A DNA stretch of 63,643 nt, counting the filler, from Vannella sp. (taxonomy: Eukaryota), in assembly GCA_023345925.1 (NCBI GenBank). It is 6 parts of 6 records of this genome, joined end to end, with 100 filler letters (N's around TTAATTAATTAA, not from the genome) between each part and the next. Parts side by side here need not be neighbours in the genome. Positions count along the whole stretch, not along the records: positions 1 to 24,644 come from JAJQQN010001364.1; 5 more parts are not named here. The stretch is one strand, 5' to 3'. The stretch's first letter is position 1; every line of letters begins with the position of its first letter. Below the pieces are notes generated by a model, which saw only the letters and a list, made by a program, of their open reading frames with translations, ran no database searches and was not told where the DNA came from. Below are positions 1 through 11,298 of this stretch, piece after piece. The position numbers and the translations under genes were made by a program.

Positions 1-111
1 CTGGGAAAAGGAAAAAAATAGGATAAGAGCAACCAAGCCCATTGCCAGGAAAGTGTGAAAAATCGGGGGTCTTGTCCCCGATGAGAACCAAACAGGTTGG
101 AGGAGGGTTTA

Positions 112-3100
112 TTACTTCTTCTTGGCGGCATCTTCCTTCTTCTTTGCATCATCTTCGGGAGTGCTATACGCACTGTAGAAGCTATCACCGGCTGGGGAGT
201 AGGTGGGAGAGCCTGGGGAGTAGGTGGGAGACGAAGGGGAATAGGTGGGAGACGAGGGAGAGTACGTGGGAGAGCTTGGAGAATACGTGGGGCTCGTAGG
301 AGAATACGTGGGGCTCGTGGGAGAGTACGAGGGGCTCGTCGGGGAGTAGGAAGGAGATGTTGGGGAGTAGTTCGGAGAGTAGCTGGGACTCGTCGGAGAG
401 TAGCTCGGGCTCGTTGGGGAGTAGTTCGGGGAGTACTTGGGAGAAGTGGGAGAGTAGCTGGGGCTCGTAGAGTAACTCGGAGACGTTGGGGAGTAGCTAG
501 GGGACGTGGGAGAGTAACTTGGCGACGTGGGAGAGTAGCTGGGGGACGTGGGAGAGTAACTAGGGGACGTTGGGGAGTAGCTAGGGGACGTTGGAGAGTA
601 GCTAGGAGACGTTGGAGAGTAACTAGGCGATGTCGGAGAGTAACTGGGAGACGTTGGAGAGTAACTGGGGGACGTTGGAGAGTAGCTAGGAGACGTGGGA
701 GAGTAACTCGGAGAAGTAGGAGAGTAGTTGGGACTAGTGGGCGAGTAGCTGGGACTGGTGGGAGAGTAATTTGGCGAAGAGCCGCCGTAGATTGGCGATC
801 TCGCAAAGTTAGGAGAGCTGTTGTACGGGGAATCCGCAAATGAAGGCGAATTCAAATAGCTTGGAGAGCTAAAGTCAGCACCAGGAGACTCGGATCCCAT
901 GTACATTGGCGTGTTGTTGTAGCCAGGAGTGCCCATCGCTGGAGTGCGGTAGTAATCAGGGTCGAACTGTTGCATGTCAGGCTGATCCATCTTGAAGGTG
1001 CTGGTCTTCAGCAACTCTTCATCAAGAATGAGTTCGAAGGAGCCTGTTCCAAGGGGAGCCAACTGTCCGAGCATAATGTTCTCTGACACTCCAACCATGT
1101 CATCCCTCGCCGCGAACGCTGCTGCACTGAGGAGAATGTCGACAGTCTCCTCGAAGGAGCAGTGCGTCAACACCCCTGCTTCTGTTCGGTTAATGCCATG
1201 CCGAGTGATCGACATGAGACCTCCACGGTAAGTCATCACGTCAGAGAGAATGGCCAAGTGTCTGTAGTTGACATATCCTCCGTCGAAGGAAATGACGCTC
1301 TTAATCTCATAAAGGAGCGAGTTGCGAGCCGCTTCAATACCAAGAACGTCCAAAATCTCTACCACATCGTTCGTGCTAGTCCGTTTCGCGTCCACTTCAT
1401 CGCGTGGCAGGACATCCCGCAGATTAGAGCCTTCAGTAGTGAAAGTCCACACTTTCTGGCTGGTGATTTCTCCGTTGGGTTGGAAGATGGTCCTCTCACG
1501 ATCATCTGCGACGAAAGCGCGCTTGATCTTCGGCACGCCTTTAAGGCGGATATCCAACAGCTTGATCTCCAGCTGTTGCAGGAATTCCAGGTCAGTCAGG
1601 TCACCGTCTCCCGTATGGCTGTTCTTAGAGAAGGGGCGAACTCGAACCACATCAAGGTCGCCTGATTTGGGAGTGAATTCAGGGTGGATGACGCGGTCTT
1701 CCGTGATGTCTTTGGTTCGCTCATAATGCGTATTAATGCATTCAGCAATCTTCCTGGCCATGCCACTGTCGTCATTCTCCTTGGATAAGTTAACGGTCTT
1801 GTGGGACTGGTGCAAAAGGGCAAAGCGAAGGATAAAGTTGCTCTGCGTTCCGAGGTCTGCGAACTCTTCGAGGCCCAAAACGTACATTTCTTGGATGAAA
1901 GCCTGATCGTCTGGGACCACACTTTTTGCAATATCGGGATCGAACCAGATCTCGGAAGACACGCAGATGGAACGCAAAGTCGTGAATTGGAGATTGTCAG
2001 CGATGCTGGTTGCACGACTTTGGTCCTTTTCGTCTCCGCTCAACCACACAAGCATGGAAGGTGTTCGGATGTCCTTTGCCACATTAATGACTTCTCTCAG
2101 GCGAGGAACACCCATCGTATTAGACTTAGAGGACACTCCAGCATAGTGGAAAGTGTTGAGGGTCATCTGGGTAGCTGGTTCTCCGATAGATTGCGCAGCA
2201 ATAGCTCCCACCATCTCACCAGCATGGCACATGGCCTGTTGGAAGCGACTGCGGATATCCTTCAGCAAGATATCGAAGGAGCTCTTGTTCATTTTGTGGT
2301 AGCTTATGACTCGCTTGGATGCAAGATTGGAACGCAAGAGGATGTTGATTAACAACGTTGCGTTCTCCTGTGCCTCCAAACTGATGGTATCTCGCCCGGG
2401 AATGACCACTAGTTGGGAGGTCAGCTTCTTCACCTGCTGGATAACATAACTGGGGGAGAGATCTCGCGCTGAATCCGGCTGTGAGCTGATCCTCTGCAAG
2501 TTCTTGGCATTACGAATGAGTCGATCAATGTTGACAGGAACGGGCCAAGAATCATCCATTTTCGGGAGAATTCGGTGGCGCAGTGAGTTGCGGTCATTCT
2601 GAATTGCTTCGAACTCGTCTCTCAATAGTTTAAGGTCGGCGCTAGCGTCCTCATTGATCTCCTGATTCACAGAGTTTGGCACGCTGTTTTTGAATTCATC
2701 CGAGTTAATGTCGAAGAAGTATCTTCTCTCAAGTTCTTGGTCTTTGAGGGTGAGGATCTCGTATTTCTGCTTCTCTATGAAGGTGGCGTCCATGCCGTCC
2801 TCTCCGTACACAAACTGGATGACGTCGCCCAAGGAGTTGCGAACTGTTCCGTCATACCGGACCATCACGTCCTCCATGGCTTTGACAAGGCGGCGTTGAA
2901 TGTACCCAGTTTCAGCTGTCTTGACAGCGGTATCAATAAGACCCTCGCGTCCACCCATTGCGTGGAAGAAGAACTCTGCCGGGGTGAGTCCCAGAAGGTA
3001 GCAATTCTCAACAAAGCCGCGACTGACAGGGCCATAATCGTTTTTGGTGAAATGAGGCAAAGTGCGATCAAGGAATCCGTAAGGGATTCGCTTTCCTTCA

Positions 3101-5466
3101 ACATTCTGCTGGCCCACACAAGCCATCATCTGGGAGATGTTGATATTACTTCCTTTGGAACCTCCAGTCACCATCGTTTTGATGTTGTTGCCAAACTTAA
3201 GACTCCCCTGCGCACTGGTACCAGCATCATCACGAGCACTGTTGAGGGCCTTGTTGACTTCATACTCGAAAGAGTCCATGACTGACAGACCAGGCTGGCT
3301 CTTGAGTTCGCTGCGATTGAGTCTCTCAGAAGTTTCAGTGACAGTTCTCTTGGCCTCGTCAATGAAGTTACGAATCTTTTGACGTGTTTCCACATCAGCA
3401 ATTGTGTCGCCAATTCCAATTGTAAACCCTCGTTGCAGGAGCCAGTAGTTAATGAGACCCTGGCATTGATCGATAAAGAGCTGGGCCTGCGATGGACCGT
3501 ATTCCATCCAGATAGTGTGGATAAGGCCTCCAGCGGACGCACCGAGGATCTTCTTATCGAGAATTCCGGAGAGAAGTTGCCCGTCACAGATCACAATGAG
3601 AGTATCCTGTGGTCGGTTGAACCTGTCAGATGCAGCATCGCTCTTGGAAACGCTGTTGTTGTCTGACTCCATGTTGACTTCCTTGGGAACGATGATGGAG
3701 AACAACTGCTTGCCTGTCCAAAGTTGCTGAGGCTTGATGATAGCTGGCTCAGGAATCTTCCCGTCGAAAGTGACCCACATTAGCATGTTCATGACAACAT
3801 CCTTCTCAATGAAGACGTCGCGTCTTGTCATCAGATATCCTCCTAAAAGCGTATCTTGGACAATACCGATGACAGGTTTGTTGCCTTGAGGCGAAATGAT
3901 CTGCTTGGGCACCATCATGATTTGCATCACCTCCGCCTTTGCGTTGAGGGTCTGTGGAACGTGCATGTTCATTTCATCCCCGTCGAAATCAGCGTTGTAA
4001 GGAGACGTGACAGAAAGATTGAGTCGGAAGGTGGAAAAAGGCATGATTTTGATGCGATGTCCCATCATACTCATCTTGTGAAGAGAAGGCTGTCGATTGA
4101 AAACGATAATGTCGCCATCTTGTACGTGCCGTTCAACGCGATAACCGCATTGCAAACTTGCTCCTGCTTCAGCTGCAAATCGAAGATCAATGCGCCGTCC
4201 GTCGGTTCGGATGACGTATTTGGCTCCTGGATGGGTGTCTGGTCCATTGGCAACCAACTTGGTCATCCGCTCAAAGTTGTAGGGTGTGACAATCTCTGGG
4301 AAGGTGAGATTTCGGGCAATTGAACGAGGCACTCCGACTTGATCAATGGAAATATTTGGATCAGGCGTGATGACAGTTCGAGCTGAAAAGTCCACGCGCT
4401 TTCCCATTAGGTTTCCTCGAATTCGTCCTTCTTTGCCCTTAAGCCGTTCTGAGATGGACTTGAGACGGCGGCCTTGCTTGTTTTGAGAAGAAGGGATAGA
4501 TGGGATGTTGTTGTTGATGTAGCAGGTCACATAGTATTGCAAAAGATACTGTTTTAGGTCAATAGCTTGGATCTGAGCCTTGTCCGCCTCCTGTTGTGCT
4601 AGCTCGTTATTGAGTCGGATGATGCTGACCAATTGGAGGGTGAGATCGTCTTCACTGCCTGAGCCGGGGACGCCTGAAAGCGAGATAGAGGGGCGAATAG
4701 CCAGAGGAGGAACAGGCAAGACTTCGATCATGAGCCAGGCTGGGCGGGCGAAACTGGGATTCATCCCTAGACCGCGGCACACTTCTTTTGGTATCCTTTT
4801 AAGGCGCTCGTGCACGTTCTTGGAACAGAGCTCTTGTTTCTTCTCCGCCATTTCGTCGTTGGATTCAGGGAACTCGGCAAAGAAGATTCTAGTGTTTGTA
4901 TCAGAAGTGGTCTTCTTGATGGTTGGCAACGAGTTTGAGCATCCGAGCGCAATTGCGGAAGATTCCTCTGCCATTTCATCCAGCTGCCAGCCGTAGTTCT
5001 TCTTTGTAGCCAACATTTCACACTTTCCTTTCACGCAGGCATCCTTGATCGCACTCAGTCGGAGTGCTGGGTCCTTGATCTTGAGGGCATTGATGTAATC
5101 AAAGGAGTCAGGGTGAACAAGGAGAGCTGAGCAACTGAAACACACGCAACGAAGAATGCTGAGTATGTAGCCCAAGAAGCCGGGGTGGTATATAGCACAA
5201 GAGAGATTGATGTGGCCAAAGTGCCCTGCACAGTCTGTGACGTTGTTTGTGCAGGTTCGACACCTGTCTGTCAGTTGAGAAGAAGGACCTAGACGATTAT
5301 CAAGAGGAGACCCCTCTGTTGTTGTGTTGGCACCACCACGGATGATGTGAGTCGTCATCTCCACCTCGGACATCTTTTTGATTTTTTCGGGGTTCAACAC
5401 GCTAAACTGCATACCCCTCACCTTTCGCAAGGGTGCAGTGGATGCATCCCAATTATGACCCGACAT
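112..5466 (-). CDS. RPB1: DNA-directed RNA polymerase II largest subunit (single ORF, apparently intronless)
   Basis: 1784-aa ORF with N-terminal Zn-binding CxxC..CxGHFGH, GKEGRIRGNLMGKRVDF, catalytic NADFDGD, bridge helix FFHAMGGREGLIDTAVKTAETGY, trigger loop GEPATQMTLNTFH, and a C-terminal YSPTSPS heptad domain. Confidence 0.99.
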   Translation of the reverse strand: MSGHNWDASTAPLRKVRGMQFSVLNPEKIKKMSEVEMTTHIIRGGANTTTEGSPLDNRLGPSSQLTDRCRTCTNNVTDCAGHFGHINLSCAIYHPGFLGYILSILRCVCFSCSALLVHPDSFDYINALKIKDPALRLSAIKDACVKGKCEMLATKKNYGWQLDEMAEESSAIALGCSNSLPTIKKTTSDTNTRIFFAEFPESNDEMAEKKQELCSKNVHERLKRIPKEVCRGLGMNPSFARPAWLMIEVLPVPPLAIRPSISLSGVPGSGSEDDLTLQLVSIIRLNNELAQQEADKAQIQAIDLKQYLLQYYVTCYINNNIPSIPSSQNKQGRRLKSISERLKGKEGRIRGNLMGKRVDFSARTVITPDPNISIDQVGVPRSIARNLTFPEIVTPYNFERMTKLVANGPDTHPGAKYVIRTDGRRIDLRFAAEAGASLQCGYRVERHVQDGDIIVFNRQPSLHKMSMMGHRIKIMPFSTFRLNLSVTSPYNADFDGDEMNMHVPQTLNAKAEVMQIMMVPKQIISPQGNKPVIGIVQDTLLGGYLMTRRDVFIEKDVVMNMLMWVTFDGKIPEPAIIKPQQLWTGKQLFSIIVPKEVNMESDNNSVSKSDAASDRFNRPQDTLIVICDGQLLSGILDKKILGASAGGLIHTIWMEYGPSQAQLFIDQCQGLINYWLLQRGFTIGIGDTIADVETRQKIRNFIDEAKRTVTETSERLNRSELKSQPGLSVMDSFEYEVNKALNSARDDAGTSAQGSLKFGNNIKTMVTGGSKGSNINISQMMACVGQQNVEGKRIPYGFLDRTLPHFTKNDYGPVSRGFVENCYLLGLTPAEFFFHAMGGREGLIDTAVKTAETGYIQRRLVKAMEDVMVRYDGTVRNSLGDVIQFVYGEDGMDATFIEKQKYEILTLKDQELERRYFFDINSDEFKNSVPNSVNQEINEDASADLKLLRDEFEAIQNDRNSLRHRILPKMDDSWPVPVNIDRLIRNAKNLQRISSQPDSARDLSPSYVIQQVKKLTSQLVVIPGRDTISLEAQENATLLINILLRSNLASKRVISYHKMNKSSFDILLKDIRSRFQQAMCHAGEMVGAIAAQSIGEPATQMTLNTFHYAGVSSKSNTMGVPRLREVINVAKDIRTPSMLVWLSGDEKDQSRATSIADNLQFTTLRSICVSSEIWFDPDIAKSVVPDDQAFIQEMYVLGLEEFADLGTQSNFILRFALLHQSHKTVNLSKENDDSGMARKIAECINTHYERTKDITEDRVIHPEFTPKSGDLDVVRVRPFSKNSHTGDGDLTDLEFLQQLEIKLLDIRLKGVPKIKRAFVADDRERTIFQPNGEITSQKVWTFTTEGSNLRDVLPRDEVDAKRTSTNDVVEILDVLGIEAARNSLLYEIKSVISFDGGYVNYRHLAILSDVMTYRGGLMSITRHGINRTEAGVLTHCSFEETVDILLSAAAFAARDDMVGVSENIMLGQLAPLGTGSFELILDEELLKTSTFKMDQPDMQQFDPDYYRTPAMGTPGYNNTPMYMGSESPGADFSSPSYLNSPSFADSPYNSSPNFARSPIYGGSSPNYSPTSPSYSPTSPNYSPTSPSYSPTSPSYSPTSPSYSPTSPSYSPTSPSYSPTSPSYSPTSPSYSPTSPSYSPTSPSYSPTSPSYSPTSPSYSPTSPSYSTSPSYSPTSPKYSPNYSPTSPSYSPTSPSYSPNYSPTSPSYSPTSPSYSPTSPTYSPTSPTYSPSSPTYSPSSPTYSPSSPTYSPGSPTYSPAGDSFYSAYSTPEDDAKKKEDAAKKK
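190..770 (-). repeat. RPB1 CTD heptad repeats (21-nt coding repeat)
   Basis: About 25-28 YSPTSPS-like heptads, with YSPN and YSTSPS interruptions and distal YSPSSPT/YSPTSPT variants. Confidence 0.97.
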
Positions 5467-5644
5467 CTGTGAGGGATAGCTACTTTCTCTCCAAGGTTGC
5501 AGAGGTCTGCGAGGGAAAAAGTGTTCTCTTTCACCTCCCCAACCGCTCCCTTTTATCCTCTCCCGTTTTGACGAAAATTTTCGTCAAAAGTAAGAGCTTC
5601 TCCTCTCTTCTCCCTGGTGTTTCAACTACAACTCTATAAACCCT

Positions 5645-6694
5645 ATGTTAAAACAAAACCTTGGGAAACTGGAAAAACGGATGTTCAGTTGTTCTGGAAT
5701 GCTTCCTGCTCTGGGTGTCCGTGGAGGAACTGTGAGGGTTTCCAGAGTGATAGCGAGATGTTACTCTAGTGGTGGTAGTCTCCCCATCCAACGAGTGATC
5801 AGCATACCGATTCAGGGAGACCGATGGTTGCACTTCAAACTGCCGCAAACCCCTCTCGTCCACCGCGAGGGAGAAGTCCCTCCCGCAGCCCCTTCCAGTG
5901 AATTGATTCTCTTCAACTCGCTCCTTGGAGACAAGAACTCCGCCAAGTTCATGTCCTCTCGGCTTTACGGCTTCTATGGAAAAGCTAAGGATCTCTGTGC
6001 TCGTATGTGGATCTGGGTGTCACAAGGTCCTTCGTCTTCGTTGCGCAAGACAGTTCTCTATCCCCCTGCTGAATGGATCGTTCATCGCTCGTTCACCCCA
6101 TCTGAGTCCTTCCTTTGTGATCTGGTGATTCCCACTAGCTTCCAAGAGCAGTCAAACCAACCGATAGAGTTCATCTATCCCTCATCCACTGCCCAAACGG
6201 ATCAAACAAGCCGGCTGCTGCAGTACTGCAAGGAGACGCAGGCGTATCACGAGGAATGGCAGAAGAAGAACCAGTACGTTTTACCAGTGACTACAGCACT
6301 CTTCATCGTCCCTGGACTAGTCAACATCCCGTTCTACTGGAACGCCTACCGCTGGTATCGCCATTGGGTCGCTGTCATGTCCGCAGACTACATCAAGTGT
6401 CTCCTTGAAGGTAAGGAGCCTATGAGAAAGTGTGTTATACGTGTGGAACACACCTTCAGCTCAAACGAGGCGCTGGACAACATCACAAAGGATCTACTTC
6501 GAGACCCCTCGCTTTCCATCACCGATCGCCATCTAACCGAGATCGCTGATCACTTTAAGCTCTCTCCTTCTTTCCAAGAGCACCTACGACGAGAAGTGGA
6601 CGTCCTCCAGAACCCTCCTACATGGCAACTCACTCAGAAGGACCTTTCGGCCTACTGGCAAGGCATCCGCTCTCGCAATCAAGTCAAGGAATGA
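5645..6694 (+). CDS. Putative mitochondrial K+/H+ exchange-related protein (Mit_KHE1/YDL183C-like)
   Basis: Arg/Ser-rich transit-peptide-like N-terminus. Motif LPVTTALFIVPGLVNIPFYWNAYRWYRHW and an upstream FIYP resemble this family (recalled similarity). Start could be 5645 or 5681. Confidence 0.55.
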   Translation: MLKQNLGKLEKRMFSCSGMLPALGVRGGTVRVSRVIARCYSSGGSLPIQRVISIPIQGDRWLHFKLPQTPLVHREGEVPPAAPSSELILFNSLLGDKNSAKFMSSRLYGFYGKAKDLCARMWIWVSQGPSSSLRKTVLYPPAEWIVHRSFTPSESFLCDLVIPTSFQEQSNQPIEFIYPSSTAQTDQTSRLLQYCKETQAYHEEWQKKNQYVLPVTTALFIVPGLVNIPFYWNAYRWYRHWVAVMSADYIKCLLEGKEPMRKCVIRVEHTFSSNEALDNITKDLLRDPSLSITDRHLTEIADHFKLSPSFQEHLRREVDVLQNPPTWQLTQKDLSAYWQGIRSRNQVKE

Positions 6695-6740
6695 AAGCTT
6701 CCCTTTGTACAGCTGTCCCTTCGTCCCTTCGTCTCATTTC

Positions 6741-8042
6741 ATGTCGAGCATGCTCGGTCTGCGGTCCTCCCTCCACCGACCTTGGAGGAGAGTGGGATGG
6801 GTGTCTTGCAGGCTTGAGACAACCAACGGCGGGTCTTTCAGTAGCCCCTTCCAAGTAAGCATGGAGATAGCGGCTCTGGGACGAGCCAAGAGACTACCTG
6901 AGGCTGTTTTGCTGTTTAATAACGCACGTGCACGGCATGTGCACACGGGGTTACCGATACATGTATATACGTCACTGATAGATGCTTATGGAAGGAACAA
7001 CAGCCTCGAGAAGGCCTTCCAGTTGGTGGAGGAGATGAAACACAGCAACCTGAGCCCCAATGGGGTCACGTACAGTGCTCTAGCACATGCCTGTGGCCTA
7101 CAAGGACGGTTTGATCTACTAGAAACGATGGTTGATAGTCTGGTGAAGAGCGGGGAGCCTTGCCCGGCGCTGTGCTGCACTGCGATCGACTGGTTTGGGA
7201 AGTCTGGTCGTCTACCACAGGCCATTCAAGTCTTCAAGTACAGTCAACGAGGGGGAGCGGTCCCTTCAGAGGACTTGGTACTCTCCCTCATCAAAGCGCA
7301 CTTTAACGCGAGAGAGACTCAATTGATACCTGAGATGGTCCTTTGTGTGCAACAGATGCAACCTGTTCTCTCCTTACAAGCCTTCACTACTCTCATACTC
7401 TTCTACTGCCGATCAGAGATGCTCTCAGAGGCGCTGGCTATCTTTGAGGAGATGACCCAGCACTACGAGCAACCGCCCATAGCTACGTACTCTGTGATCA
7501 TCAACGCTTGTGGACGTGCTAGAATGATAGACGAGGCCTTCGAGTTGATCAAGGACATGGTACGGAACGGACACCAACCTGATGCAAAGCTACTAGGCGG
7601 TTTGATGTACCATTGCGTGCGCAGCCGGCAGCCCCAGAAGGCCTTCTACATGGTTGGTTTGATGCGAGAGTACCGGGTCAAACCAGACGTGTACATCTTC
7701 TCCCGCCTGATCCAAGCTTGCGGAAGGAATGGGCGCCGAGCATTGGAGATCTTCCAAAGTATGGGGGAATGGGGACTTAAGCCTGATGCTCCTGCGTACA
7801 GTCAGGTTCTCGCAGCTCTCTCTCAGTCTGGAGATGTCGTCCATAGCATGAAGATCTTCCATGAGATGAAAGGGCGCCAGGTTCAGCCAGACCGCCGCGC
7901 GTACAACGCTGTTGTTAAAGTATGCTGCCAAAGTGGCCAACTAGCCCTCGCTCAGTCCCTCCTCTCTGAGATGGAAGCGAATAACATTGACTCCACCACA
8001 GCCAACGCCATAATTAACGCCCATTCCCACCCTGTGCAATAA
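6741..8042 (+). CDS. Pentatricopeptide repeat (PPR) protein, probably mitochondrial
   Basis: Multiple 35-aa PPR units, e.g. VYTSLIDAYGRNNSLEKAFQLVEEMKHSNLSPNG and TYSVIINACGRARMIDEAFELIKDMVRNGHQPD. First ATG is at 6741. Confidence 0.93.
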   Translation: MSSMLGLRSSLHRPWRRVGWVSCRLETTNGGSFSSPFQVSMEIAALGRAKRLPEAVLLFNNARARHVHTGLPIHVYTSLIDAYGRNNSLEKAFQLVEEMKHSNLSPNGVTYSALAHACGLQGRFDLLETMVDSLVKSGEPCPALCCTAIDWFGKSGRLPQAIQVFKYSQRGGAVPSEDLVLSLIKAHFNARETQLIPEMVLCVQQMQPVLSLQAFTTLILFYCRSEMLSEALAIFEEMTQHYEQPPIATYSVIINACGRARMIDEAFELIKDMVRNGHQPDAKLLGGLMYHCVRSRQPQKAFYMVGLMREYRVKPDVYIFSRLIQACGRNGRRALEIFQSMGEWGLKPDAPAYSQVLAALSQSGDVVHSMKIFHEMKGRQVQPDRRAYNAVVKVCCQSGQLALAQSLLSEMEANNIDSTTANAIINAHSHPVQ

Positions 8043-8128
8043 ATACGATTTTAAAACATTCTAAATGGATTCACATTCATTTGAGTGAGTTTGGGCACTT
8101 TTTGTTCCCGCCTTCTCGCTTCAGTTGC

Positions 8129-11100
8129 ATGGCCGATAAGTCTCACCTTTCGAGTCAGCAGGCGAGTTCTGGTCCGATTCAAAGACATCGGGAGCGAGGA
8201 GCGGCTCGCAGGGATGCTGACCCAAGCCTGCACACGGCGCCATCTTTGGAAAGAACCAGTCAAAGCTCCATCACTGTGGGGGAGTCGGAGCGTCTCGCTC
8301 AGGTGACTGTAAGTCGTCGCTTTTCGAATGACGTGCCGCGCCCATTGCAGCGAAGGGCAGACCGGAGCGCAGCTCAGTCCCAAATGCACGCTCTGCGCGG
8401 CATTGCTGAATCACACAGGGAGGCCTTCTCTCCCCGAGAAACATCAAGTGCAGTGCCTGTTTCATCATCTGGGCTTCGAAGATTGCGCCCTGTCTCACAC
8501 CTGTCCTCTACAAACGTCACTCAAGCCAAATCCAACGTCAGGGAACGTTCTACAACCGTCCCTTGCGCCCCAGACCCGCCAGCTGTTGTCGCAACAGAGT
8601 TGAGAGGTTCAGGAGGACTTCTAATCGGAAGAAGACCCGATTCTCCCTCTCCCACAGGCCTGAACGAGGATGCAGGTTCAACAAAGGACGCCGTTGGTGC
8701 TGGTGGGAGATACACGGCGGATGACTACCAAAGCATCAAACAAGGCTTCCGTGACAAGTACTTTAAGACACCTGCGGAGATCTACCAGACAGCCTACGAG
8801 ACGGTCTTGGCAGGGGGGAGTCCGTGGGAGGACCAAAGCACTTTCTTCCCAGATTGGAAGTCCCTACATCGTGGACTAGATCCCAAATACGCCGAGGCAG
8901 AGGGGAACCAGCGGCGCAGGGTACACGACCAACAAGTACTCCACATTGATAGCATTGGCTTCGAAGCAGAGCTAAGAGACTGGACCCAGAGGGTTGCAGT
9001 GACCACCATGAATGAGCTGCAAGAGAACTTGATGAACCCTTCCCAGTTCACACGCTTTTCCACCAAGTTTAAGCCTCGCCAGGTGGAGCTTTCCCTCGAT
9101 AGCTCCGCATTGCATATTCTGTGCCACTTTCTGGACAACGGCAAAGACACACGGATTCCCCTTTCCCAGATTAGTCAGCTGAGATTGGGAGCCAAGACAA
9201 AAGGCTTTGAGATGTGGCGCCAGGCGGGGGAGACGCTCGAAGAGAGATTGGCCTTTACAATCATCTACGGCGACGATTTCCAAGAGATAGATCTTCTTGC
9301 TCGCTTTGAGCATAAGGCCCAGCTCTGGGTTGGCGGCCTCATCCGGTCTGTGACAGACACTCACAGCGATTCAGACGATGCCACTTATCTCAACCGATGC
9401 TGGAACAGCACTGGCAAGAAGAATCTCAGTCAGAAGGAAATCGCCTCACTGCTCAGTAAGATGAGGATCAAGGCATCAAGCAAGCGCTTGAAGGACATCT
9501 TAAGTTGCATTCGCCTCGAAAAACCGCGCGTTTCTGAGTCCAACCTTTATTCCATTGAGGACTTTATTGAATTGGTGGACACTCTGCGTGTCCGTGAGGA
9601 AATCAAGGACATCTTTGAGCAATACACTGACTATGGGGAGTACGTCATCACAATACAACAAATAATGGCCTTTTTGTGTGACATTCAGCGCGACACAGAA
9701 AACACGATATCGAAAAAGAAACTATTTCAGATGTTATCTCCCTTTAGAGACCAGATTACGGACCAGCATCTGACCTTGCCACAGTTTAGCAAGTTTTTGA
9801 CGTCTTTGGAGCACAATTCTGTCTTCAACCCGCTCATGTTGGATGTATACCAGGACATGACCCGTCCCATTACCGACTACTTTTGTAATTCCTCCCACAA
9901 CACCTATTTGGAGGGAAACCAGTTGAATGGCTGGTCTTCCTCTGATATGTATATGAGACTGCTGAAAGCGGGAGTGCGCTGTGTTGAGTTGGACACTTGG
10001 AATGGAGAGAAAGGAGATCCTATCATCTTCCACGGACACACTTTGACGTCTCGGATCAGTTTTGAAGATGTTGTGAGGGCCATTCGTGACTACGCCTTTG
10101 TGACTTCTGACTATCCAGTCATTCTTTCTCTTGAGAACCATTGCAATGTGGAGCAGCAGATACGAATGGCAGAGATCTTCATCGAATACTTCAAAGACAC
10201 TCTTGCTCGACCCATTGTTGGGAGTGACCAAAAACACCTCCCTTCTCCCGAGGACTTGAAAGGACGAATCATTATCAAGGGAAAAGTGGACTCGCTGAAC
10301 CTTAATATGTACGGAGCGAATGATATGAAAGTTTCAGTTGCTCCTGAGCTGGCAGCCATCACTTACTTGACCAGTGTTCCTTTTACTACCTACGAGAGTT
10401 ATATCGAGAAGCGAAAGGGCCCTTGGCAGATCTCCTCTTTTGTGGAAACAAGGATTGAGGGAATCAATCCTGTGGAGTTTGTCGAGTACAATCGAGAGAA
10501 CTTCTCTCGCGTTTACCCAAAAGGCTCCCGAACTCTTTCTTCAAATTATAATCCCGAGCAATGGTGGAGTGTTGGATCTCAGTTGGTTGCTCTCAACCTT
10601 CAGACGATGGGGCGGATCACTTGGACTAACGAAGGGCGTTTCCGTGAGAATGGCAATTGTGGATACACTTTAAAGCCTCACTATATGCTCCACGATTCCC
10701 TCGAACCCTTTGACGAGAACACAACGAAGCCTGTCCATCCTATTCGGCTCTCTATTGATGTTCTGTCTGCTCGGCAAATACCTGAGAGTAAGAAGCAGAA
10801 AACAGATGTCAGTGTCCTTCCCCCTGCGATGTGTATTCCTTTCTGACTCTCTGACAGGTCATCAACCCTTCTGTGACGGTTTACATTCGGGGTTCGAATG
10901 TCGACTGTGCCTCCGATTCGACACACAAGATCAAAGGGAATAGCTTCAATCCAAGCTGGGACAAGCACATGGAGTTTGACATCAAGTTTCCAGAAATGGC
11001 TGTTTTGGTGATCATTGTTTACCACGAGCCAGATGGTTTGAAGAGCTTCCTCACTGGAGCTGGAGGTAGTAGTAAGATAAGACTGGCCTATTACTCTCTC

Positions 11101-11262
11101 CCAGTGAGCTGTATTCGACAAGGGTACCGCATCATGGAGCTGTACAATGAAATAGGAATGCGCAGTCCCATGTCTGACCTCTTCTGCCGCTTCAAGATCG
11201 ATTTCCTTCGCACAGAAACTGTCGGCCCCGAGGCTGTTGAACATGCCAATATAATCTACTAG
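8129..11262 (+). CDS. Phosphoinositide-specific phospholipase C (PH, EF-hand, X/Y catalytic, C2); 2 exons
   Basis: X-box QDMTRPITDYFCNSSHNTYL..RCVELDTW..HGHTLT..YPVILSLENHC and Y-box SRVYPKG..SSNYNP..QLVALNLQT. A 50-nt intron at 10808-10857 (GTCAGT..CTGACAG) joins KKQKTD to VINPSVTV of the C2 domain. Confidence 0.96.
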
Positions 11263-11298
11263 AGAGAGTGCTTACTAGGGAAGGAAAGGCGGTTTAGA

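Noticed and set aside
97..843. 248-aa Arg/Gly-rich plus-strand ORF
   Set aside because: It is the antisense shadow of the RPB1 heptad repeat.
6411..6459. Candidate GTAAG..CAG intron in the Mit_KHE1-like gene
   Set aside because: Removing these 49 nt frameshifts to an early stop, while the unspliced frame stays open.
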